Assembly: GCA_021513695.1 (NCBI GenBank)
Contig: CP084166.1
Span: 992,001 to 1,056,000, forward strand
Source: Candidatus Heimdallarchaeum aukensis
GTDB taxonomy: Archaea; Asgardarchaeota; Heimdallarchaeia; Heimdallarchaeales; Heimdallarchaeaceae
Length of the DNA stretch: 64,000 nucleotides
Reading direction: 5' to 3'
Position numbers and translations under genes: made by a program
Shown here: positions 38,902-47,317 of the stretch, piece by piece
Position numbering within the stretch: the first letter of the stretch is position 1
How the letters are laid out: each line of letters starts with the position of its first letter
Notes under the pieces: generated by a model
The model's input: only the letters and a program-made list of their open reading frames with translations
Database searches by the model: none
Told to the model about the DNA's origin: nothing

Positions 38902-39354
38902 TTATTGTATAGAATCTATGAACCTCTTTAAATCCTCTTCTGGTAAATCAGTATATTTCTTATATCTCTTGAATTTTTTACTGAAGAATTTTATATCAAC
39001 ATAAATTTGTATTTTCTCTTTGCCTTCAATTTGTTTTCTGTCTGTTACAGGAAAAGTTGCCCAATATAACTTGTATTCTTTTGAATGCTTAAGTTCATAT
39101 TGTTGTTGTTTTGGTCTTATCTTTCCTTGATACTCAACACTATCAATTATCATTTTTATGTCCAACAGAAACATGAGTGTAGAAGCAGTTCCAGCATTAA
39201 TTATGTAAAGTCCCCATTCTTTTGCTTGTGGGTTGAATATTGGTCCAGATAAGTTTAGCGAAGCTCTTTTTGGTCTAAAGAAGGATAGGTATACTGTTAC
39301 AACTGACAGAAAAATAGATATTGTAGAGAATATTAATGAGACTACTTCTGTCAT
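38902..39354 (-). CDS. Small membrane-anchored hypothetical protein
   Basis: An N-terminal TM helix MTEVVSLIFSTISIFLSVVTVYLSFF, a second hydrophobic stretch, and a charged C-terminus. Confidence 0.4.
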   Translation of the reverse strand: MTEVVSLIFSTISIFLSVVTVYLSFFRPKRASLNLSGPIFNPQAKEWGLYIINAGTASTLMFLLDIKMIIDSVEYQGKIRPKQQQYELKHSKEYKLYWATFPVTDRKQIEGKEKIQIYVDIKFFSKKFKRYKKYTDLPEEDLKRFIDSIQ

Positions 39355-39589
39355 AAATACTAATACACATTATCAATTAATTAACAGTTCGGTATATTGT
39401 TTCACCCATGGCACATTCACCCCAAGATAAAATACTGAACCATTAGATGTTGGATCAATTGGTAAGGAGATCCTAAAGATTAAAGAGTAGTTTGATTTAG
39501 AGATTATTACTATAAATAATACTTATGTTGCTTTGTTTTGTAATGTTAAAAAACAAGTGATAAGCCAAATTTAAGGTTACTAAGTCTAA

Positions 39590-40933
39590 TTATTCCTCAT
39601 GAAGTAAAGGTGTTTCTAAAAGGACATTTGTTAAGTCGATATTGTTAGGGTTTATTTTTTTTGGATAAACAAAAGAGAAGTGGCAGACGTAAGATTTGTT
39701 GTTTCTTATTATTTTGATCCAAACATTTTCTGGTTTTTCCATTATTATTCTTAACATCCATGATGTATTTTCTTCTGATACTCTAAGCAAGGCATAAAGA
39801 GTTCTTTTTTTTAATTCTAGTGTCTTATACTTTTCGAATTTTTCTTTTAACTGTTCTGCGTTCCCCCAAAAAAGGTTGGGAAAAACTTTTTCATCTTTAT
39901 CAAATACTATTGTTATCTCTTTTATTTTATTGTACTCTGAAATATCTTTCAAGATTTCCTTCTTTTCATCAATAGGGATTCTTTGTTGAATACCTCTAGA
40001 TTTTCTTAAAATTTGATCGAGGAGAAACCATATTGAATTGTCCATATATTTAATAAACGAATTAATTTCCATTTTAAATGCAACTTCTGTTTTTTGTATT
40101 TCTACATTACCTTTTTTATTTATCCAACCGTTTATTTTAAAATAAGAAAAACGAGGATCGACATATTCGAAAGATTGTTTGGGTGGAAAGGTTTTTCCAT
40201 TTTTTCTTGCCAAAGTTATTGCATCTTCTATCCATAATTTGAAATTGGTATTTGCTGACCTTGCGGGAATTTTGTCAATAATAACCCATATCTCATCGTT
40301 ATTGAAATCCAGAACTTTTTTACCACTATGTGTAACAGTATTACGTAAGTATAGAAACACACTGAATGCAAGTGATGGATTGATATATTTATCTGAATAG
40401 GGCTCGTAATGTCTAATTAGTTCATCAAAAATACGTTCATACCTATATCGTTTTAATTCGGGAAGATTATTTAAATACGCTTCTGTGAATCTTGAAGTTA
40501 GTTCCAAAAGTTCCAGACCAGCTGAAACATATGTTTCAAAGAGACATATAAAAAGGAACTTTATAGTTGGTATTTTAGTCCAATCAAATCGTATTTGATA
40601 ATACTCTATTTGGTCTCTTACTAATTGGAAGTACGCAAGTCTATATTTAATGCTGTTTAATGTTTCAATATACCTTCCTTTTTTCACTAATTCATTAATA
40701 TGAAAAACTAGTAAACTGTAGTCTCTTGATTCGTTATGTGCTTCCAGATAGTATGAAAACATACTCAAAACGCCAAGACTTGTATCAAGAACATGCCGAG
40801 AAATACTAATTTCTTTTTTTTCTTTTTTTTCTTTTAACGAATTAAAAAACTCATATTCGTTAAGCAAAATTTTTAACAAAAGTTCATGAGATTCTTTACT
40901 TTCTATTTCTTGCTTATCCTTATTTTGATTCAT
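39590..40933 (-). CDS. Hypothetical 447-aa protein, no recognised domain
   Basis: A long ORF whose 5' end faces repeat copy B and its pyrimidine-rich leader-like tract. Confidence 0.45.
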   Translation of the reverse strand: MNQNKDKQEIESKESHELLLKILLNEYEFFNSLKEKKEKKEISISRHVLDTSLGVLSMFSYYLEAHNESRDYSLLVFHINELVKKGRYIETLNSIKYRLAYFQLVRDQIEYYQIRFDWTKIPTIKFLFICLFETYVSAGLELLELTSRFTEAYLNNLPELKRYRYERIFDELIRHYEPYSDKYINPSLAFSVFLYLRNTVTHSGKKVLDFNNDEIWVIIDKIPARSANTNFKLWIEDAITLARKNGKTFPPKQSFEYVDPRFSYFKINGWINKKGNVEIQKTEVAFKMEINSFIKYMDNSIWFLLDQILRKSRGIQQRIPIDEKKEILKDISEYNKIKEITIVFDKDEKVFPNLFWGNAEQLKEKFEKYKTLELKKRTLYALLRVSEENTSWMLRIIMEKPENVWIKIIRNNKSYVCHFSFVYPKKINPNNIDLTNVLLETPLLHEE

Positions 40934-41084
40934 TTGTTATTAATATTATTTTATAACAAAATAAAAAAGTTTAGTTAAATATTACTGTGCAATTCTTCCT
41001 CTATTTTGATAAATAAATGAACTAGAATAATTTTCTTTCCAAGAATAAACTGCCTTTAAGGATAGTTAATAAGTAGTTAAAGGT

Positions 41085-41280
41085 TTGAATATTATCCTTT
41101 ACTTTTTTCCAGCTCTAACCCTCTCCCCTCTCCCATCTTTACAATCCTTCTTTCCCCTGAAATTATTTTTTTTGTTTCCTTTTTCTATATTCTCTTTTCT
41201 TTCTAACCAACCTTATACTCTTTTTCTTTACCTTTGTTCTTGTTATTGCTTTTGTTACTGTTTTTAGTCCTAGTTCTGTA
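41085..41280. repeat. Copy B of the 41-bp repeat, followed by a pyrimidine-rich leader-like tract
   Basis: ttgaatattatcctttacttttttccagctctaaccctctc is followed by about 150 nt of C/T-rich low complexity, like the leader region 5' of tnpB-2. Confidence 0.65.
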
Positions 41281-41500
41281 CTATTAGTTCAGTCTCTTTT
41301 TTAGGATAATCTGTGGATAGTAATTCTTCAAGAAATTAGAGGAAAAATATGAAATCAATAATAAACTTTCTCTAAATTGTCTTAAGGTCTTCTTCTAGTT
41401 ATAACCTCCTTACAAGAAGATGCTTTACTTTGCAACAAAATGAAAAATAAACTAAAGAAACTATTCATAGGGTTTAAATACTTATTTCTCGTATAGGCTA

Positions 41501-42637
41501 ATGATGGAAATAAACAAAATTTATCTTAAAGATTGTATAGAAGGTATGAAGGAACTTCCTGAAGATAGCATAGATTTAATATTTGCAGATCCACCATATA
41601 ATCTTCAATTGAAAAATGAATTATATCGACCTAATCAGTCATTAGTGGATGCTGTAAATGATGAATGGGATAAATTTTCATCATTTGAAGAGTACGATGA
41701 TTTTACAAAAAAGTGGTTATCAGAATGTAGGAGGGTGTTAAAAAAAACAGGTTCTATATGGGTAATAGGGTCGTATCACAATATATTTAGAATCGGAAAA
41801 ATAATGCAAGATTTAGGTTTCTGGATATTAAATGATATCATTTGGATAAAAACAAACCCTATGCCAAATTTTAGAGGTACTAGATTTAATAATGCACATG
41901 AAACTCTGATTTGGGCTTCGAAAAATGAAAAAGCTAAACCTACTTTTCATTATAAAGCTATGAAGGTATTTAATAATGATAAACAAATGCGAAGTGATTG
42001 GTATATTCCAATTTGTATAGGAAAAGAAAGGTTGAAATTAAACGGAAAAAAATTACATTCTACACAAAAACCTGAAGCATTGCTATATAGAATAATAATA
42101 TCAACATCAAATGTAAATGATATAGTGCTTGATCCTTTTATGGGTTCAGGTACTACAGCTGCAGTAGCAAAGAAACTAAGAAGGAATTTTATTGGTTTTG
42201 AAACAAATGAAATATATGTAAAAGCAGCAAGAGAGAGAGTTGTTAAAGTCATACCCATGGATCCTGACATTTTGGATTATAAAGTGGAAAAAAAACCACC
42301 AAAAGTTCCTTTTGGTACTTTAGTAGAACATAATTATATTAAAGCTGGAGATTGGCTTTATTCAAAAGATATGAGATATAAAGCAATAATAAAAGCAAAT
42401 GGGTCAATTGAATATCAAGGTAAAAACGGTTCTATTCATAAAATTAGTGCTCAAATTTTAAATAAAAAAGCAAATAATGGATGGGATTTTTGGTATGTAA
42501 AAGAAAACGATAATCTTGTATCGATTGATACTATTAGAAGAAATTATGCAAGTAAAAACATGAATTATATGAATGATGAAATAGATATGAGAAATAAAAA
42601 AGTAACAGACAAACTTTTAACTAATTACTTGGAATAA
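41501..42637 (+). CDS. DNA methyltransferase, beta-class (N6-adenine or N4-cytosine), part of a Type II R-M pair
   Basis: Motif IV IFADPPYNL lies near the N-terminus and motif I LDPFMGSGTTAAVA lies downstream, which is the beta-class order. About 130 aa of C-terminal extension follow. Confidence 0.85.
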   Translation: MMEINKIYLKDCIEGMKELPEDSIDLIFADPPYNLQLKNELYRPNQSLVDAVNDEWDKFSSFEEYDDFTKKWLSECRRVLKKTGSIWVIGSYHNIFRIGKIMQDLGFWILNDIIWIKTNPMPNFRGTRFNNAHETLIWASKNEKAKPTFHYKAMKVFNNDKQMRSDWYIPICIGKERLKLNGKKLHSTQKPEALLYRIIISTSNVNDIVLDPFMGSGTTAAVAKKLRRNFIGFETNEIYVKAARERVVKVIPMDPDILDYKVEKKPPKVPFGTLVEHNYIKAGDWLYSKDMRYKAIIKANGSIEYQGKNGSIHKISAQILNKKANNGWDFWYVKENDNLVSIDTIRRNYASKNMNYMNDEIDMRNKKVTDKLLTNYLE

Positions 42638-42642
42638 TCTTC

Positions 42643-43512
42643 GTGCTTACTAATTATCTTCCCTATGAAGTTTTTAAAAGAATATTAACAAAGACAATCT
42701 TTCAAAATGCTAAAATAAGTTTATTAGAAAAAGTTGCTAAATATCCTTCAAGATATACAGGTTTATTTAGGCCTACCAAACCTAAATTAAAATTAATCCA
42801 GAACATTACTCAATCAAATGAAATTCTATTTGGCGATGCTTTTGAGATCATAATTAATGAATATTTGAATAGATTAGGTTTCTCTCCAATTAAAAAAAAT
42901 TATTCCTATAATGGAAATGACTTAATGTTTGATCAGATTGTAGGAAAAGAAAATACTATTATTTACATAGAACAAAAAATAAGAGATGATCATGATTCAA
43001 CAAAAAAAAGAGGTCAAATAGAAAATTTTGAGAAAAAGGGTGAATTATTATTGAAACTATATCCTGATTTCAAAATTACTGGTATAATGTATTTTATAGA
43101 CCCAAATTTAAAGAAAAATCGAAGATATTATATGCAAGAATTACAAAGAATAAGTACTCAATTTAATTTTGAAACTCATCTCTTTTATGGAAAAGAGTTT
43201 TTTGAATGGATAGGAAAAGATGAAATCTGGTTAGAAATAACAAGCTATTTATCAAAGTGGAAAGAAGAGATACCTGATTTTCCCACAATTAATTTTGATG
43301 AAAATCCCGAAGAATCTTTTGAGGAAATCAAGCATCTACAACCTAATTTACTGATAAAGCTTCTAAGAAATGATGCAATATGTAAGGAGATTTTTCCCGA
43401 ATTGTTCCCGGAAAAAACGACATTAAATCTACTTCTGGAATACTATATTCATGAAAGAGAAAAAAATAAGACTAATACAATGGTTATTGAACATTTAAAA
43501 AAAGTGTTGTGA
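42643..43512 (+). CDS. Putative Type II restriction endonuclease, cognate to the methyltransferase
   Basis: It starts 5 nt after the methyltransferase stop. A PD-(D/E)xK-like arrangement is present: ...DAFEIII... D..MFDQIV... IIYIEQKIRDD (D...ExK). Confidence 0.45.
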   Translation: MLTNYLPYEVFKRILTKTIFQNAKISLLEKVAKYPSRYTGLFRPTKPKLKLIQNITQSNEILFGDAFEIIINEYLNRLGFSPIKKNYSYNGNDLMFDQIVGKENTIIYIEQKIRDDHDSTKKRGQIENFEKKGELLLKLYPDFKITGIMYFIDPNLKKNRRYYMQELQRISTQFNFETHLFYGKEFFEWIGKDEIWLEITSYLSKWKEEIPDFPTINFDENPEESFEEIKHLQPNLLIKLLRNDAICKEIFPELFPEKTTLNLLLEYYIHEREKNKTNTMVIEHLKKVL

Positions 43513-44322
43513 AAAAAAATCTAAAATCACAAAAAAGATCTATATAATTGTACGATTTTTTGTTCAAAAAAAAACTATCACCGTTTGATTGACATGTTAT
43601 AAAAATAGTTTCTGAAGAAAAACCTTTACATCCATTAACTCTCAGATGCTTTATACCATTATTTTGAAATAGATACTACATGCTTGAATTAAAATGAATT
43701 TCTGGACTAGTTGATTTTCCTTTCTTAATTATAAATTATATAATTTTCCTAATTGAATTGAGAGATAATTTTTCTTTTTCAAACCAAGCATGATCTATTA
43801 TAGGAGGTTTTAAACGGAGAAGATTCAAACTTTGGATATATATTCTACATATATTATAAATATTGTTTGATATTCATCATTTGAGTTTCTCAATAAAAGA
43901 TTATTCCATATTTTAGTTTCTAGTTTGAAGATTATGAATTATTTAATAAATGTCTTAAATTCGGGATACCTTTCTTTCATATTTTCCTCAGAATCATGTA
44001 ATGGAATTTGTAGTGTTCCTTTTACTAATATTCTATATTCCTCAAGTTTAAGAATATGATTTGATTATAGCAGTGTGCCATTACTTGTTATGTTTGTTGT
44101 TATTTTTTTCGATAAATGTAGAGATTCTGGTAAAGAAATAATGTTTTCAGTTATGAATTGTATATTATCATGAAATCTAACCTTCTTAATTTAACTCAAA
44201 TTAATTAAGTAGTAAAGATAATAAAAGAAGGTATCTAAATGTTTATTGCGGAGATTTATTATAGGGTTTTTAATTTTCATCTCCCACATCGAATAATACG
44301 CATTTATCAATAAATCCTTATA

Positions 44323-45342
44323 TTAATTAGAGCAATATGAAGTTTTATTTGTGAAAATTTCAGGATCATCTAGTTCTCTCAATCTTTTAAGTGTAACACT
44401 TTTCCATTTATCATAAAAATCAACTAAAATACCTTCTTTTTCCTTTAATGTTGGTTTTCCTGTATCATCATCCATAATAAATTCAAATCCGTAATCAATC
44501 TTAAAATTAAATTGATCTGTATGCAAAACTCTTTCATGAGGAAACTTAATATCGTTATCCAAAGATGAACAAAAATTATAATGTCGAACTTCAATATGAA
44601 TTGATGAGTTTGAATATAAACCAAGCCAGTCCATTATATTTTTCTTTGTTGATTGAGGATTATATCTATTTGCTTTCGGTGTTGTAGTACAAATAATAAA
44701 ATTGCCATTTCTTATATTCTCCTTTTCAAATTGTTTTACTAACCAATTTAATGTTTTATAGTGTCGCTTATTATTAACTAAATTTACACCAAGATATCTG
44801 TCCACAATCATTACTTCCTTTGCAAATCTGAATATCTTTTTGATAAATCTTGAATGCACTTCTGTTAAATTATTTAATTCTGCTAAGTTTAATGATGTAT
44901 TCTGTATTTTATTGTAGAAATCTATTTCTGTAATTAATTCCTCTGATACATAGCTACTACTCAATTTTCCAATTTCACACTTATTTCTACAATTATTGTA
45001 AGGAAGTATTATCCAATCTGGATTTTCTCTGCTTTGAATTTCACAATAAGCTATACATTCATCTTTTTTTTTCTTTCCTTCAATTTTAATTTCAATTATT
45101 CTTCTATTATTTTGCATATTCGAAAGCATTTCTTCTATGATGAGTCTTTCTTCTATTGGTATAAGTGAAAGGGTTTTTGATTTAATAGGTAAACTAAAAC
45201 CTTCTGGTTTTAGAAGTATACCGTTTTTTCTAAGGGAAATCAATAAAGAAACTAATATTTTAGAACGATACATAATAAGCGTAGAATTTTCAGAATTGTC
45301 ATCTAAAATTTTAGGAGATAATACAAATGTCTGTACCGTCAT
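44323..45342 (-). CDS. Hypothetical 339-aa protein, partner of the upstream ABC ATPase; candidate nuclease/effector
   Basis: Its start overlaps the stop of the ATPase gene by 4 nt. It contains an acidic cluster EFIMDDDTGKP that could be a DxD metal site. No confident domain assignment. Confidence 0.45.
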   Translation of the reverse strand: MTVQTFVLSPKILDDNSENSTLIMYRSKILVSLLISLRKNGILLKPEGFSLPIKSKTLSLIPIEERLIIEEMLSNMQNNRRIIEIKIEGKKKKDECIAYCEIQSRENPDWIILPYNNCRNKCEIGKLSSSYVSEELITEIDFYNKIQNTSLNLAELNNLTEVHSRFIKKIFRFAKEVMIVDRYLGVNLVNNKRHYKTLNWLVKQFEKENIRNGNFIICTTTPKANRYNPQSTKKNIMDWLGLYSNSSIHIEVRHYNFCSSLDNDIKFPHERVLHTDQFNFKIDYGFEFIMDDDTGKPTLKEKEGILVDFYDKWKSVTLKRLRELDDPEIFTNKTSYCSN

Positions 45343-47249
45343 TCAAATAGCTCCTTATAACTTAGATCAAAGAAATCATCTGGCCATTCATTTATAAAAT
45401 TACCATGTTTGTCAAATTCGATAGGAACTATATTAGCTCCTAGTTTTGTTTTTTCAACAAATATAATTGATATAAGTTTTGGACTTATTTTCTTTTTCCT
45501 AATGAGTTTTTTGATTCGTAGAATTAATTGTTGACTATGAGTTTCAATTATAAATTGTTTTGATAAATTCCTTTTAACATGTTCAACAAAAAATTCTCCC
45601 AATTCAGCTTGCAATCTTGGATTAAGATGTATCTCTGGTTGTTCTATTAAAAGAATTTCATTTGGTTTATTTGACATTATCGTTTGTACAAGAATGGGGA
45701 GAACCTGACTCACACCAAATCCAATATCCGGTAATGCCACCGGATATTTTGTGATATTATCTTCGAATTTCAAGGAATATACCCCTGATAGTTTGTCTTT
45801 ATCTGCTGTATATGAGACTGTGTAACCGATTTTTAGTTTTTTCAACCAATTATTTAGTTCATTTATTTTATTTTTATATGAATAGATAAAATCTGCTGTT
45901 TTTGATCCTGAAACACCTACATTAATAGGTCTACTCCCTCCAAATATGTAATATCGAGATGGTTTATCTCTAAGAGGACCAATAAAAGTAATGCTCTTCA
46001 TCAATTCAATGAATTGATTTCTATTCTCTTCAGTCACGTCATAATCAAAATATAAATTCTTTTTTCCATGTTCAAGTTTAAAAAACGTGTTGATTTTAAG
46101 TAATTCACCTTTAATTGGATTACCAACAAATTCAATAGATAAATTATGATGAATAAACTTAATTAATTTGTTAATTAGATCTGTTTCTATCTCCGATGGG
46201 TCTTTAAACATAATAATTCTAAATAATTTCTCAATTTTCATATTAATTGATTCTTCAATTAGAATCCTAAAATCATGATCGATTAAAATATCATCTTTTA
46301 TTTCATTTAAACCAATTTCAACCTTTTTGCAAATTTTTTCAATTATTTTATCTTTTTTTAACAGAAAAAATTTGTTTTTTTCTAATTCTCTTCTAATTTT
46401 TTCTACTATATTTTTAATTTCAATTTTTTTCGCTTGACTATTTTCCTGATAAATTTTCAATATAGTTTCTATAGGAACTTTAATATTAATCGTAGGAATT
46501 TTATCGTTATCAAAATGAATCTTCTTTTCAATTTTTTCTTCTATATCAAAGACATCAATTTTAAATTTCTCTTCATATGCAGAATAAGAGATTATAAATG
46601 GTGTATCAATGTTTTCAACAATTGTGATTTTCTTGTATCCTCCAGATATTGACTCTCTCAAAAACGGTAAAAGAATCATCGGTATAACTCTTTCTGTACT
46701 TATTTTTGAAAGAGAACAAGTATATTTTATCCGCTGATAAATCCTAGAATTTTCTGTTTTGCAATATACTAATTTTGCTGAAATTAATGATTTTTCAATC
46801 TTTTTGCCATAATTTCTAGATATTCCCCATATTATTTTATCTAAAAGAATGTAAGGTCTCTCTTCAATCTTTTTTGAAATGTATGTTAAGTTGATTTTGA
46901 ATTTTTTAAAAATCCTTTCCTTGTATGGTGAAATATGAAGATAATCTGAGGATCGCCACTGTAACCCAATTTCAACTCTTTTTCTAGTATCATGACCAAA
47001 AACAATTTCTTCGAAAGGTCCAATATCAACATAAGTCCCTTGATGTAGAAGAACATTATTTGGGTCATTGTCTTCTATAGTTTGTTTTAAGGCTAAAAGT
47101 GATTTCAAAATAGATGATTTTCCACTACTATTTTCTCCAAATATCAGTGTAATCGGTTTACATGGTATTCTAGAGCCCTTTTTTCCAAAGGCTTTAAAAT
47201 TTCTTAAATAAATTTCAGTTAACATGAACAAACACCAAGTTTCTTTCAT
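45339..47249 (-). CDS. ABC-type (AAA_15/AAA_21-like, OLD/AriA/LmuB-like) ATPase with a split nucleotide-binding domain
   Basis: An N-terminal IYLRNFKAF...ITLIFGENSSGKSSIL (Walker A) is followed by about 480 aa of insertion. Then comes LLIEQPEIHLNPRLQAELGEFF (Walker B/D-loop, reading E-Q where D-E is usual) and IIETHSQQ (H-loop). Confidence 0.7.
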   Translation of the reverse strand: MKETWCLFMLTEIYLRNFKAFGKKGSRIPCKPITLIFGENSSGKSSILKSLLALKQTIEDNDPNNVLLHQGTYVDIGPFEEIVFGHDTRKRVEIGLQWRSSDYLHISPYKERIFKKFKINLTYISKKIEERPYILLDKIIWGISRNYGKKIEKSLISAKLVYCKTENSRIYQRIKYTCSLSKISTERVIPMILLPFLRESISGGYKKITIVENIDTPFIISYSAYEEKFKIDVFDIEEKIEKKIHFDNDKIPTINIKVPIETILKIYQENSQAKKIEIKNIVEKIRRELEKNKFFLLKKDKIIEKICKKVEIGLNEIKDDILIDHDFRILIEESINMKIEKLFRIIMFKDPSEIETDLINKLIKFIHHNLSIEFVGNPIKGELLKINTFFKLEHGKKNLYFDYDVTEENRNQFIELMKSITFIGPLRDKPSRYYIFGGSRPINVGVSGSKTADFIYSYKNKINELNNWLKKLKIGYTVSYTADKDKLSGVYSLKFEDNITKYPVALPDIGFGVSQVLPILVQTIMSNKPNEILLIEQPEIHLNPRLQAELGEFFVEHVKRNLSKQFIIETHSQQLILRIKKLIRKKKISPKLISIIFVEKTKLGANIVPIEFDKHGNFINEWPDDFFDLSYKELFE

Positions 47250-47317
47250 TCACACTCTTGATGAATTCTTTACAAATTTATGTAATAAAAATAAAAACTT
47301 TTCTGGAATATCTATGT

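Noticed and set aside
41085-41267. 60-aa ORF (41085..41267) over repeat copy B
   Set aside because: It is a reading of the pyrimidine-rich leader-like tract (S/L/F/P-rich) and is better explained as a non-coding IS-related repeat.
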